Shown: positions 27,740 to 37,394 of the stretch, piece by piece
Layout of the letters: every line of letters begins with the position of its first letter
Position numbering within the stretch: the first letter of the stretch is position 1
Source of the DNA: an archaeon GW2011_AR10
Lineage (GTDB): Archaea > Iainarchaeota > Iainarchaeia > Iainarchaeales > GW2011-AR10
Assembly (NCBI GenBank): GCA_000830275.1
Contig: CP010424.1
Span: 815,311 to 879,310 of the forward strand
DNA length: 64,000 bases
Direction: 5' to 3'
The notes under the pieces: generated by a model
Seen by the model: only the letters and a program-made list of their open reading frames with translations
The model's database searches: none
Told to the model about the DNA's origin: nothing
Translations under genes and position numbers: made by a program

Positions 27740-28615
27740 TCAAAACCTTTCGGAGGCCTTCGGCAAAAACTTGTAGCCAAGAATCTTGTAAGCCAGTTTT
27801 GCAGCTGCAAAATCAGGCGCACGCAATCCCTTTATGGGGGAAAGCTCAACAAGGTCAGCTCCAACAACTGTCTTGCGTTTAAATAGCTCTCTGCATAATC
27901 CAAGAACAGTTCCCCAGTCCAAACCGCATGGTTCTGGTGTTCCAACAGCAGGCATAATGCTTGGGTCAAATGCATCCAAGTCAATTGAAAGGTAAACATT
28001 TTTTGAGCAAGAATCAACAACCTCTTTTACGGAAAAATCATTTCCAAAAAAAATTTTTACACCGCTTTTTTCAGCAAACTTTTTTTCCTCTGCACTTAAG
28101 CTTCTAACTCCTGCTAAAACAATTTTTGATGTTTCACTGCAGCGGCGCATTACGCAAGCGTGAGAGTATTTTTCTCCATTAAGCTCATTGCGCAAATCCG
28201 CGTGCGCATCAATGCTTAAAACACTTAAATTATCAAAAGATGAAGCGCAGGCTTTAACTGCAGGAAAAGTTATGGAGTGCTCGCCTCCAAAAAGCAGGGG
28301 AAACTTTTTTTGTGAAACAATTTCTTTAACAGAACTTTCAACTGACTCAAGCAGGCCCTTAACGTTTTTTGGTTTAAGGGTTTCGGAAGTGAATATAGGA
28401 ACTTCCTTCACAATTTCTTTTCCTAGCTCCAAATCAAACCATTCAAGGTGCTTGGAAGCATCAATAATTGCTTTGGGCCCTGCTTTAGTTCCTTTCATAT
28501 ATGAAGCCGTTGCTTCAAATGAAACAGGCAGAAGAACTGCTTTGCACTCACTTAAAGGCTTTTGCGGGTGCTCCACAAAATTGTCCAATGATTCCTTCAG
28601 ATAGTTGGATTCCAT
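27740..28615 (-). CDS. speB: Arginase/agmatinase-family ureohydrolase (probable agmatinase).
   Basis: 291 aa. Mn-binding motifs GGEHSIT, DAHADL, SIDLDAFDP. Confidence 0.7.
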   Translation of the reverse strand: MESNYLKESLDNFVEHPQKPLSECKAVLLPVSFEATASYMKGTKAGPKAIIDASKHLEWFDLELGKEIVKEVPIFTSETLKPKNVKGLLESVESSVKEIVSQKKFPLLFGGEHSITFPAVKACASSFDNLSVLSIDAHADLRNELNGEKYSHACVMRRCSETSKIVLAGVRSLSAEEKKFAEKSGVKIFFGNDFSVKEVVDSCSKNVYLSIDLDAFDPSIMPAVGTPEPCGLDWGTVLGLCRELFKRKTVVGADLVELSPIKGLRAPDFAAAKLAYKILGYKFLPKASERF

Positions 28616-28672
28616 AATATCAATTTACATGAAGGAACTTTTTTAATTAAAACAACAGGTACTGAAAACCCA

Positions 28673-28864
28673 TTATTCGATTACCTCAAGCCTTTTTTCC
28701 TTAATTAATTCTCCAACTATCTTGTGTACTGTTTCCAAATCAAGGCCCAAATCGTTCGCTGCTTCATCTGGAAAAGCCTCTGAAAATTTCTCATAATAGC
28801 CCAAAAGCTCTTTTTTTGCTGTTTTGTAATCCACGTCCCTCAGCTTTATTATTTCAAGACCCAT
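28673..28864 (-). CDS. Small hypothetical protein (63 aa), possibly a helix-turn-helix protein.
   Basis: ATG start; ...LETVHKIVGELIKEKRLEVIE looks like an HTH. Confidence 0.3.
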   Translation of the reverse strand: MGLEIIKLRDVDYKTAKKELLGYYEKFSEAFPDEAANDLGLDLETVHKIVGELIKEKRLEVIE

Positions 28865-28929
28865 AGTGACATCGTATTACTTTTTGTTATTAAATTGTCC
28901 CTTATTTGGAAAAGATACGAATTTGTCGA

Positions 28930-29184
28930 TTAATGGATTTCATAGATTTTTTCCACTGCCGGCTCTTTCAGCGCAAGGTACTCGTAGGCTTTCTGGAGCG
29001 CGAGAATTGCTTTCGGAATGTCATTCGCTTTTAGGGAGTTTGTGCTCTTCCATTCCTCTCCCTGCTTGTAGCGCCTGTCAAAGGAAACGCTGTTGTATGT
29101 TGTGCCTTCCTTTCCCTCATTGCTCCAGATTGCTACTTGAATTCCTCCAACGCTGATTTTGTGAATTGGCTTATTTTCTGGCAT
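28930..29184 (-). CDS. Small hypothetical protein (84 aa).
   Basis: ATG start with GGAGGTGG 5 nt upstream. A 28-aa ORF with its own GGAGGTG lies immediately upstream at 29203..29289. Confidence 0.4.
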   Translation of the reverse strand: MPENKPIHKISVGGIQVAIWSNEGKEGTTYNSVSFDRRYKQGEEWKSTNSLKANDIPKAILALQKAYEYLALKEPAVEKIYEIH

Positions 29185-29512
29185 AATTCCACCTCCTCTT
29201 TTTCAGTAAGCTCTTTTTAATAGTAAACCAAGCCTTCCTATGGGGTCGTAGTTCGAGGGAACAAACCTTACAATTTTGTTTTCAATCATTTCAGCACCTC
29301 CAAAGTTGTAAACAGTTATGGCTGAAGGGGCTTTTAAAGAACTTGAAACACACATCATTTCCGGTGCCAAGCAGCCTTTCAGTTCCAGAGGCCAAACTTC
29401 ACGATAATGCCCCGTACGCCTAGGAACAATTCAACACAAGCCTATTTTTTCTAGAAATCAAAAGACATGCTATAATATATAGGAATATTAGGAGATTTGT
29501 TCGCTGGATTTT

Positions 29513-29887
29513 TCACTTTACGTATTCCACGTTTTCCATGTTCTTGAATTGCTTGTCACCCGTCAGGAATTTCATGTTCCTTGTTTTGGCCATTACATAC
29601 CCTATGCAGTCTATGTAGGACAGCTTCTTTTTCCTGTTTTCCAGCCTGAACTCATTAGCTTGCTTTATGGTGGTTCCATCAACTTCGATTGTGACGCTTT
29701 CAAGGCTGTCATATTTCTCATCTGCAAATTTTCGACCGTATTCTTTCAGCAACCCGTAGTGCAGTTCCATTAGGTTTAGTTTTGTGGTTGCCCCAGTTAC
29801 TTTCAGGTATTTTGAATAGTTTGGGTTCCTGTTTATAATCTCAAAGAATGAGTATGTGTCGAAGAAATAGGGTTTTTCTATTCCCAT
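29513..29887 (-). CDS. vapC: PIN-domain toxin VapC.
   Basis: 124 aa. N-terminal FFDTY acidic residue and further conserved D/E positions. Overlaps the upstream antitoxin by 10 nt. Confidence 0.6.
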   Translation of the reverse strand: MGIEKPYFFDTYSFFEIINRNPNYSKYLKVTGATTKLNLMELHYGLLKEYGRKFADEKYDSLESVTIEVDGTTIKQANEFRLENRKKKLSYIDCIGYVMAKTRNMKFLTGDKQFKNMENVEYVK

Positions 29888-30090
29888 CCTTTTCTCACCA
29901 TGTCCTTAAACTTTTGGCCGGACATAGTTCTTTTTGGAGCGGAGCCAAAGAGTTTTGAAAAGTCCGTTTTTTTCACGACTTCAATGAGTACTTTGTCATT
30001 TTCTTTTATCCCCTGCTTTTCAAGGAAATCATTCGGGAATACAGCTCCTTTCGAGTTTCCCCATTTTTTTATCGTAACCTCAACAGCCAC
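29878..30090 (-). CDS. vapB: AbrB/SpoVT/MazE-type antitoxin VapB.
   Basis: 70 aa. (M)AVEVTIKKWGNSKGAVFPNDFLEKQGIKENDKVLIEV is the swapped-hairpin signature. GTG start with GGTGG upstream. Confidence 0.55.
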   Translation of the reverse strand: MAVEVTIKKWGNSKGAVFPNDFLEKQGIKENDKVLIEVVKKTDFSKLFGSAPKRTMSGQKFKDMVRKGWE

Positions 30091-30176
30091 ACAACCACCA
30101 GTTATACATTAGTATAATTATAATTAGACTCATTTTTAAGCTTTTTGTAACCTCAATGCCAATGCCAAAGGACAGA

Positions 30177-30833
30177 TCAGCGTTCCTGCGCCCACTTGAG
30201 CATTAATTCGAAGGTGTCAATGTTTTCCTTCAGAGCGGAAATCTTTTTTTTGATGGACCCGAGTTTTTTGCTTGTTATCTCGGTTTTGAACTGCACTATT
30301 TCGTTGGCGTACTTTCCAACTCTCTTGTCATCCCTGTAAACGATGCTGTTTTCCACTGTTTCAACAAGGTTTTTCCTGTACTCGATGTTTTCAACAAACA
30401 TTTGAATCATTGGCTTCCAGCGCTTGTCAGCAACAAGGTGTGCTGGCAACTGCACTGTTTCAGCATCCTTCTTGTAATCAGAGTTACTGGCAAGCTTTGC
30501 CAAGTGCTTCCAGTAAAGAGGGCTTGACAGTTTCAAAATGTTGTGCTTCACGCCGTAAATCTTTGCCTCATTCAGCTCGCGGTTCCAGTCACGGTGCTTT
30601 CTCTCAAACTCTGCCTTGAGTTTGGCTATTTGCTGCACCTGGGACTTAATGCGCGAAGGAGGAGGATAAACCAGCTTTGGCCAGCTCTTGCCCTTGGTTT
30701 CAACAGAGACAACACCACCGTTGCTGAAGTACTTCTTCAAGGCCTCAATTCTCTCTGACTTGCCCCCCTTAGAGTCAAGCTCGGGGAACTGCTTTGAAAA
30801 CACGGAAAAAGACGAAATAATCCTGCTCGCCAT
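30177..30833 (-). CDS. Hypothetical protein (about 218 aa).
   Basis: Start moved to the internal ATG (MASRII...) from the track's TTG. No family recognised. Confidence 0.4.
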   Translation of the reverse strand: MASRIISSFSVFSKQFPELDSKGGKSERIEALKKYFSNGGVVSVETKGKSWPKLVYPPPSRIKSQVQQIAKLKAEFERKHRDWNRELNEAKIYGVKHNILKLSSPLYWKHLAKLASNSDYKKDAETVQLPAHLVADKRWKPMIQMFVENIEYRKNLVETVENSIVYRDDKRVGKYANEIVQFKTEITSKKLGSIKKKISALKENIDTFELMLKWAQER

Positions 30834-30910
30834 ACAAAAAAGAAAAAGAAAAGAGATTAATAAATGTTTTCCACCAGAAAAGGTAAGTAGAAACAAGGAG
30901 AAAAGATTAA

Positions 30911-31246
30911 ATGTTCCCCGGAATGGGCAGAATCAACCCAAAACAAATGGTCCAGATGATGAGGCAGATGGGCATCAAAACCGAGGAACTTGAAGCAGAG
31001 CGCGTAATATTTGAATTGAAGGGCAAAAAGCTCGTAATAGAGAACCCTAATGTTACGGCAATGGACATTCAAGGCCAGAAAACCTACACAGTAATGGGAA
31101 CAGCAAAAGAAGAAAGCAAGGGTTTCCCGGAAGAAGACATTGAAATGGTTGCAGAGCAAGCAAATGTCAGCAAGGAAAAAGCAAAAAAAGCCCTGGAAAA
31201 AAACGATGGCGACATTGCAGCAGCAATTGCAAGCCTGAAAAAGTAG
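30911..31246 (+). CDS. nac: Nascent polypeptide-associated complex protein (NAC alpha, with a UBA-like C-terminus).
   Basis: 111 aa. NAC domain (...RVIFELKGKKLVIENPNV...) and a C-terminal KEKAKKALEKNDGDIAAAIASL UBA-like region. Confidence 0.75.
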   Translation: MFPGMGRINPKQMVQMMRQMGIKTEELEAERVIFELKGKKLVIENPNVTAMDIQGQKTYTVMGTAKEESKGFPEEDIEMVAEQANVSKEKAKKALEKNDGDIAAAIASLKK

Positions 31247-31278
31247 CTGCAGGCACCAGGTTTTTTGGGAAGGTTTTT

Positions 31279-31302
31279 ATATAACTATAGCTATAGTTAT
31301 AT
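31279..31302. promoter_or_regulatory. Perfect 24-nt palindrome ATATAACTATAGCTATAGTTATAT, 12 nt upstream of the vapB2 ATG; putative autoregulatory operator and promoter.
   Basis: Read directly. Palindromic operators overlapping TA promoters are the norm for VapB antitoxins. Confidence 0.45.
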
Positions 31303-31313
31303 TAGATGGTTTT

Positions 31314-31517
31314 ATGGGTGACACCACCACTATTCAGGTGAAGAAGAAAACTGTTAGTTTTTTGGATTGGGTAAAGAAAAAGCATGGCTTGAGCTCCTAT
31401 GATGGAGCAATCCAGCAGCTTGGGAAAAAAGAAAAAGGAGCAAGAAAAAGCATGTTTGGTGCCCATCCAAAAATGAAGCAGTTCAAAAGGCAGGAAGAAG
31501 ACTTCCATGACCTCTAG
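31314..31517 (+). CDS. Putative antitoxin of the second VapBC-like pair (67 aa).
   Basis: Small basic protein that overlaps the downstream PIN gene by 11 nt and sits behind the palindromic operator. Confidence 0.45.
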   Translation: MGDTTTIQVKKKTVSFLDWVKKKHGLSSYDGAIQQLGKKEKGARKSMFGAHPKMKQFKRQEEDFHDL

Positions 31518-31899
31518 CTATGTTCTGGATAGCTATGCTTGGGTAGAATATTTTCGTGGAACTGAAAAAGGGGAAACTGTAAGAGTGCTTTTGGAAAACA
31601 TGGCCTGCTTCACTCCGGCAATTGTTATTGCAGAGCTTTCAGACAAATACGCAAGAGAAAAATACGATTTTTGGGAGCAGGACCTGCAGTTTATTATTGA
31701 AAACTCTTCAATAATTGACCTGGGAAAGGAAATTGCTGCAGAAGCAGGAAAAATAAAGCAAGCAGTAAGAAAAAAATATAAGAATAATTTTGGCTTGGCT
31801 GATGCGATAATACTTTCAACTGCAAGGAAAATCAATGCACAAGTAGTCACTGGAGACCTTCACTTCAAAAAAATAAAAAACGTAGAATTCCTAAAATAG
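31507..31899 (+). CDS. vapC: PIN-domain toxin VapC (second copy).
   Basis: 130 aa. YVLDSYAWVEYF with an N-terminal Asp, plus internal acidic residues characteristic of PIN. Confidence 0.65.
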   Translation: MTSSYVLDSYAWVEYFRGTEKGETVRVLLENMACFTPAIVIAELSDKYAREKYDFWEQDLQFIIENSSIIDLGKEIAAEAGKIKQAVRKKYKNNFGLADAIILSTARKINAQVVTGDLHFKKIKNVEFLK

Positions 31900-31924
31900 A
31901 AAAAGAAATGGGAAAAGAGGTTAA

Positions 31925-33289
31925 TTATTCTTCTGTTTCCGTTGCTTCAAAAGCATTTATGTTTTCAGCGCTGCCCCTTGCTGACTGGAAAAAAACAGTC
32001 AAAGTGACAGAATCCCCTGCAGAATGAGAGGAGAGAACCCTTGCCTCAAAGCTTCCAGAGGCAACAAGAAACTCTTCTTCATCCACCATTATGGAAGACG
32101 CATTAATTGTTGCAGACTGCCAGACAACAGGCGATGCATTCTTTGAATTCAAAAGCGCTTCAAGCGCTGAAGCAGTCTGCTGTAACCCGCTTGATGTTGC
32201 AGTTGCTGTTCCACCAAAAGAAACGTTCGGCTCGACCACTTCCTTTACAGTGAATTTCAGTGAATTCAACTCGCTAACAAGTTCTTGCTTGAACTCAGGA
32301 TAATTAACGGAGCCGTCATACATTATTCCTGCTTTTTTTTCTTCAGAATCAAAATCAAAAGAGGTTACTCCATTAAAGTCTGACAGCAAAATGTTTAAGT
32401 CGTACTCAAAAACGTTGGCTGATTCCTCAAACAGCACTTCAATGCGCGGAAAAGCAGGGGCAAAATCAAGTTCAGCTGATTCAACGCCTTCAATTGCTTC
32501 AACTTCTTCACGCAACAAGCCCTGCAACTCAATTGAATCACTTAATGGCATGGTTCCCTCAAACAAAAGCGCTGGCTTCATCTCTGAAATAGTGAAGCTG
32601 CCACCAGCCTCACGGGGAAGCGGTGCAGCCGTCAGGTTAATTTCCTCGAATGCCTGCACGCTTCTAAGGGTTGTTCCAGCAATAGTTGCCTCAAGAGAAA
32701 TTTTTAGGTTGTCTCCCGGCATTGCGCCAATGTTAAGGAATGCCCTTGTTTTGGGGTCAGCAAAAACATGCTCTTGGGTCAGGTTAAGCTGGTCATTCCT
32801 GAAAGTCACTTTTTCTGGAAGAGAAACAAGGCCAATGGGAAAGGCCTGAACGCCTGAAAAAACAGGGAGCTGCCTTAAACCTTGGAGAATTTCTGCTGGG
32901 TCCTTTTCGCTTTCAACCTGAAGCTCAGCAACAAAAATTAGTGAGCTTGCAAAGCTTGGCTGCTGTGGCTGCCTGTAAAAAGAGTTAACTACTCTCTCGA
33001 TTCCCTCAACATTTATTATTTCACGCTCCAGCACTGCTATCTCTGCTTCCTGCGTTGAAGCAGTAATGAACATTGTCGGAAAAATCTGCACAACGTTTGC
33101 GTCAATGCCTGAAGCGGAAAAACTCAAAGCAGTTGTGTCCTGAATGTTTGGGGCATCAGGCAACTGCCCTTCAGGCGGAACATTTGGAGCAGAGCCAAAC
33201 CCTGACTGGTTTAGGAAAAAACTAAAGCCATAAATCGATGAAATCATTATTAAGCCGAGAAAAATTGCGTAAAACTGTTTTTTTTCCAT
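31925..33289 (-). CDS. Hypothetical secreted or membrane-anchored protein (about 454 aa).
   Basis: Start moved to the ATG (MEKKQFYAIFLGLIMISSIYGF..., a signal anchor). Acidic extracellular domain. Confidence 0.5.
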   Translation of the reverse strand: MEKKQFYAIFLGLIMISSIYGFSFFLNQSGFGSAPNVPPEGQLPDAPNIQDTTALSFSASGIDANVVQIFPTMFITASTQEAEIAVLEREIINVEGIERVVNSFYRQPQQPSFASSLIFVAELQVESEKDPAEILQGLRQLPVFSGVQAFPIGLVSLPEKVTFRNDQLNLTQEHVFADPKTRAFLNIGAMPGDNLKISLEATIAGTTLRSVQAFEEINLTAAPLPREAGGSFTISEMKPALLFEGTMPLSDSIELQGLLREEVEAIEGVESAELDFAPAFPRIEVLFEESANVFEYDLNILLSDFNGVTSFDFDSEEKKAGIMYDGSVNYPEFKQELVSELNSLKFTVKEVVEPNVSFGGTATATSSGLQQTASALEALLNSKNASPVVWQSATINASSIMVDEEEFLVASGSFEARVLSSHSAGDSVTLTVFFQSARGSAENINAFEATETEE

Positions 33290-33384
33290 TGTGGAGCGCC
33301 TGCGTTTTAGTTCCTGCTCGCCTGTCAAAAACCGACAAATGAATTGGGCAGCATATTAATGAAACTGAAGCATACATTTTTAGC

Positions 33385-33449
33385 GGTTTTTGACAGTAGT
33401 AATTCCACCTAACCACCGTTCGAAAACGGTGGAATTACCTGATTTAAAA
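33385..33449 (+). repeat. Conserved intergenic element, copy Y: GGTTTTTGACAG...AATTCCACC..CCACCGTTCGAAAACGGTGG..GGAATT...GATTTAAA.
   Basis: See copy X. Lies upstream of the FKBP gene in a divergent intergenic region. Confidence 0.5.
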
Positions 33450-33525
33450 AGGTAATTGGTGAGAGAATATGTATTAAAATTACTGCTTAAAGCTTTTAAT
33501 TGTTGTTAAAAGTTTAGGTGTTTTA

Positions 33526-34251
33526 ATGGATAAAGGCGGAATTGCTGTTGTCAGCTTCACTGGAAGGGAAACTGAAAGCGGAAGAGTCTTTGACACAACA
33601 GACGAAAAAACTGCAAGGGAAAGCGGCATTTACAGGGAGAACGCGATTTTCAGGCCAGTGCCAATAATACTCGGCAAAGGCGAGCTTATAAAGGGCTTAG
33701 AGGAAGAACTCGAAAAAATGAGGGAAGGAGAGCACAAAACGGTTAAGCTGCAGGCAGAAAAAGCATTTGGCCCGAGGAGAAAAGAACTTGTTGTTGTGGT
33801 GCCATTACAGGAATTCAAGAACAGAAACGTCCAGCCTTTCCCAGGCTTAGTAGTGGAACTCAACGACCGATATGGAAGGGTTCAAAGCGTTTCAGGCGGC
33901 AGAGTTAGAGTTGACTTGAACTCTGACTTGGCTGGAAAAGAAGTGGAGTACGACATTAAAGTGGAAAAAGAACTGAAAACAGGGAAAGAACAAGTGCAGG
34001 CATTAACCGAGAAATTTTTCCCGCTGAAGGACAAGAAAATTGATGCACGCATTGAAGGCAAAGAGCTTGAGGTGAAGCTGCCTAACGGCCTGCCAAAAGA
34101 AATCAGCATCATAAAGGACGCTTACGCTAGAACAATCACCGAAAACATCAAGGGCATTGAAAAAGTAAGATTCGTTGAAGAATTCGAGAAGCTGAAAGAA
34201 GGAAAGACTGAAAAGAAAGCCGAAGAAGCCCCTGTAAAAGAAAAGAAATAA
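33526..34251 (+). CDS. FKBP-type peptidyl-prolyl cis-trans isomerase (long archaeal type with a C-terminal domain).
   Basis: 241 aa. FKBP core with an insert-in-flap region and a charged C-terminal tail. Confidence 0.75.
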   Translation: MDKGGIAVVSFTGRETESGRVFDTTDEKTARESGIYRENAIFRPVPIILGKGELIKGLEEELEKMREGEHKTVKLQAEKAFGPRRKELVVVVPLQEFKNRNVQPFPGLVVELNDRYGRVQSVSGGRVRVDLNSDLAGKEVEYDIKVEKELKTGKEQVQALTEKFFPLKDKKIDARIEGKELEVKLPNGLPKEISIIKDAYARTITENIKGIEKVRFVEEFEKLKEGKTEKKAEEAPVKEKK

Positions 34252-34392
34252 ATGATTGCCTTGGCTTACCATCATGAGTTTGTGTAGGCTGTTAAAGGCA
34301 GGAAACCACCGAAAAAAGGCTTTTAAATGTTGCGATTCACAACTGTTATAGTAGGCTTACCAAGCTAATTGTTTTTTTGTTTTGTGATTTTA

Positions 34393-35064
34393 ATGGATAC
34401 AGACCCTAAAGACATTAAAACTGGCACTACAACTGTTGGATTGAAGACAGCTGATGCAATAGTGCTTGCAGCTGACATGCGCGCGAGCATGGGGAACATT
34501 GCGTACGAGGAAGAGTCAGAGAAAATTTACAAAATAACAGAGAACATGGCAGCAACCAATGCAGGAAATGTGGGAGACTCCCTAACAATCATAAGGTTTC
34601 TGAGAAGCCAGGTTAACTTGTACGAGTTTGAGCGCGGAGAAAAAATGACAATCAAAGCAGCGGCAACCCTGCTCAGCAACGTGCTGAACGCAACCCGCTA
34701 TTATCCTTTCATTGTGCAGCTCATTTTGGGTGGAATGAACAACAAGCCGGAATTGTTCGAGGTAACGCCTTTTGGCGGAGTGCTTGAAAGGAAGAGGTAC
34801 GCTGTAAGCGGTTCCGGAACAGATTTCGCGCTTAGCACCCTTGACCAGAATTACATGGAAGGAATGACCGAAGAGGAAGGCATCAAGCTTGCAATCAAGG
34901 CGATTGAGGCAGGAAAAAAGCGGGACATTTACTCTGGCGGAGTATCAGTCAGCGTAGTGGTTATTGATAGGGCTGGTGTGAAAGAAATAAGCCAGGAAAT
35001 AGTCAAAAAGCACGTTCAGGAATTGAAGAAGGAACGGGTTGCTCCCGCAAAAACCAAGGTCTGA
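34393..35064 (+). CDS. psmB: Proteasome beta subunit (with propeptide).
   Basis: Propeptide MDTDPKDIKTG followed by the catalytic TTTVGLK N-terminus. Start moved to the ATG. Confidence 0.85.
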   Translation: MDTDPKDIKTGTTTVGLKTADAIVLAADMRASMGNIAYEEESEKIYKITENMAATNAGNVGDSLTIIRFLRSQVNLYEFERGEKMTIKAAATLLSNVLNATRYYPFIVQLILGGMNNKPELFEVTPFGGVLERKRYAVSGSGTDFALSTLDQNYMEGMTEEEGIKLAIKAIEAGKKRDIYSGGVSVSVVVIDRAGVKEISQEIVKKHVQELKKERVAPAKTKV

Positions 35065-35165
35065 AATCACCCATTTAGCCTTTTTTTGAAAAATTAGTTT
35101 CTTAATCGGCTCACAGAACTTAGGGGTAAACGATTCAACTAAAACACAGATATAAAGGAATTGCA

Positions 35166-37061
35166 ATGGACTACTTGAAGGAAACAAAGGAAGCAATTCA
35201 GAGCTACCTTCCAAGCGACACTGAAATAACAAGCGTTGAACTGGAAGGACCTGAAATAGCCATTTACACAAAGAATCCGAGGGCATTCTTTGAGAACGAA
35301 AACTACGTGGCAAAGATTGCATTCAACTTAAAGAAAAGAATAAATATCAGAACAGACAAGAGCCTGTTGATCCCTGAGGAAAAAGCAAAAAAGAAAATAG
35401 AGGAAATAGTGCCACAGGAAGCTCAAATAAAGGAAATAATGTTCAATGCCACTTTCAGCGAGGTAGTTATTGAGGCAATAAAGCCCGGCCTAGTCATTGG
35501 AAAAGGCGGTGAAACAAGCAAAAAAATCATTCTTGAAACAGGGTGGGTGCCAAACATTATCAGGGCGCCAACACAGGACAGCGAGATACTGAAAGGAATA
35601 CGGCATCATTTGCACAAGTACAGCGCGGACAGGAAGAAAATTCTGCAGGAAACATCAAAACAAATTTATGGAGAGAAACCAAACCTTGACAGCTGGGCTA
35701 GGCTGACTGCTTTAGGAAGCTTTAGAGAGGTTGGAAGAAGCTGCATTCTAGTGGAAACCCGCGACACCAAAGTAATGCTTGACTGCGGCATAAATGTTGC
35801 AACGTATGAAGATCCATTCCCTTACCTTGATGCAATCCGCTTTCCGATAAACGAATTGGATGCACTGGTTATAAGCCACGCGCACTTAGACCACTCGGGG
35901 TTTGCCCCTTATTTGTTTAAGCTTGGATATAAAGGCCCGGTTTATGTGACTGAACCAACCCGCGACCTTATGTGCTTGCTGCAGTTTGACTACGTTGACG
36001 TTTTGACGAAAGAGGGAAGGGAGCCGCCTTACACTGAAAGAGATGTCAAGGAACAGTTAAAGCACTGCATTACAAGGAATTATAGAGAGGTAACAGACAT
36101 TGCTCCTGACATGAGGCTGACATTCCACAATGCAGCGCACATTCTTGGAAGCGCTTCAGTGCACTTGCACATTGGAGAAGGAGGCCATAACCTGGTTTAC
36201 AGTGCGGACATAAAATATGGTTTTACAAGGCTGTTTGACCCGGTTGACATAAATTATCCAAGGCTTGAAACGCTCATCCTTGAAAGCACTTACGGAGCAC
36301 AGGATGATATTCAACCGCAGAGGCAGGAAGCAGAGGAACAGCTTGTTAAAGTAATCAATGAAACAGTGAAGCAGGGCGGCAACGTGCTTATACCTGTTTT
36401 TGCTGTTGGAAGAGCACAGGAAATAATGCTTGTAATTGAAAATGCTTACAGGAAAGGAACCCTTGACCAGAACACAAAGGCGTACATTGATGGAATGACG
36501 AAGGAAGCATCAGCAATACACACTGCTTACCCTGAGTACCTTAGGAAAAGCGTTCAGAGGAGAGTGCTGCAGAATGACTCGCCTTTCACTTCTGAATTGT
36601 TCCAGGAAGCCGATTACAGTAAAAGAGAGGAAATAATTCAGAATGGTGGAAGCGTAATTGTTGCATCCTCTGGAATGCTTACAGGTGGGCCAAGCGTGTA
36701 CTACTTGTATCAGCTTGCAGAAAACCCGAGGAATTCCCTCATATTTGTTGGATACCAGGGAGAAGGAAGCATTGGAAGAAAAATTCAGGGCGGCGTAAGA
36801 AGCCTGCCTATAACAGCAGGCAACGGCAAAACCAAGGACTTAAAGCTTAACCTGAAGGTTGAAACAGTTGAAGGTTTTTCAGGCCACTCTGACAGGCCCC
36901 AGCTTGTAAGCTATGTTAGGGACCTGAAACCAAAGCCAAAAAGAATTCTTGTAAACCACGGCGACAAGATTAAATGCATAGAGTTCAGCAAATTCTTGTC
37001 CAGCAGGTTCAGAATCAATGCCAATTCAATCAGAAACCTTGATGCAATCAGGCTGAAATAG
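35166..37061 (+). CDS. aCPSF1 (KH domains plus metallo-beta-lactamase/beta-CASP ribonuclease).
   Basis: 631 aa. HAHLDHSG motif, N-terminal KH region, beta-CASP C-terminus. Confidence 0.85.
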   Translation: MDYLKETKEAIQSYLPSDTEITSVELEGPEIAIYTKNPRAFFENENYVAKIAFNLKKRINIRTDKSLLIPEEKAKKKIEEIVPQEAQIKEIMFNATFSEVVIEAIKPGLVIGKGGETSKKIILETGWVPNIIRAPTQDSEILKGIRHHLHKYSADRKKILQETSKQIYGEKPNLDSWARLTALGSFREVGRSCILVETRDTKVMLDCGINVATYEDPFPYLDAIRFPINELDALVISHAHLDHSGFAPYLFKLGYKGPVYVTEPTRDLMCLLQFDYVDVLTKEGREPPYTERDVKEQLKHCITRNYREVTDIAPDMRLTFHNAAHILGSASVHLHIGEGGHNLVYSADIKYGFTRLFDPVDINYPRLETLILESTYGAQDDIQPQRQEAEEQLVKVINETVKQGGNVLIPVFAVGRAQEIMLVIENAYRKGTLDQNTKAYIDGMTKEASAIHTAYPEYLRKSVQRRVLQNDSPFTSELFQEADYSKREEIIQNGGSVIVASSGMLTGGPSVYYLYQLAENPRNSLIFVGYQGEGSIGRKIQGGVRSLPITAGNGKTKDLKLNLKVETVEGFSGHSDRPQLVSYVRDLKPKPKRILVNHGDKIKCIEFSKFLSSRFRINANSIRNLDAIRLK

Positions 37062-37182
37062 CAAAACTTGCTTTAATTAATTTACCAGCTCTTAAAGGCA
37101 CGCACAAAAATTTATTTAAACAATTTGTTAGAAAAAGAAACAATTTATTTGAAAAGCTAAAAGATTAGCTAAAAAACACACA

Positions 37183-37314
37183 TATACATAATCGAAATTT
37201 TTTGGATTTTTTTGAAACAAATTTTATACATAAAAAAAACCAAATATACATAAGAAAAAAGGCTTATTTGAGCTTCTTTTTTCGAGAAAAGCTGTAAAAG
37301 TTCATTATACATAA
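37183..37314 (+). repeat. Four direct copies of TATACATAA (37183, 37225, 37245, 37306), each followed by an A-run, inside the 575-nt AT-rich intergenic region 37062..37637.
   Basis: Read directly. A fifth copy lies about 90 nt upstream of cdc6, near 24343. Confidence 0.5.
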
Positions 37315-37394
37315 AATGAAGCCTAATTCAGCGTTTTCTCACCGAAAAGTATTTAAATGAGTTAGATTATAGTACTTAGGTCGGGGAACAGAGC

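Noticed and set aside
29185-29200. AATTCCACC at 29188 looked like a third copy of the X/Y element.
   Set aside because: On the coding (minus) strand it reads GGAGGTGGAATTAT-ATG, so it is simply the Shine-Dalgarno region of the 84-aa gene. It lacks the GGTTTTTGACAG and GATTTAAA flanks.
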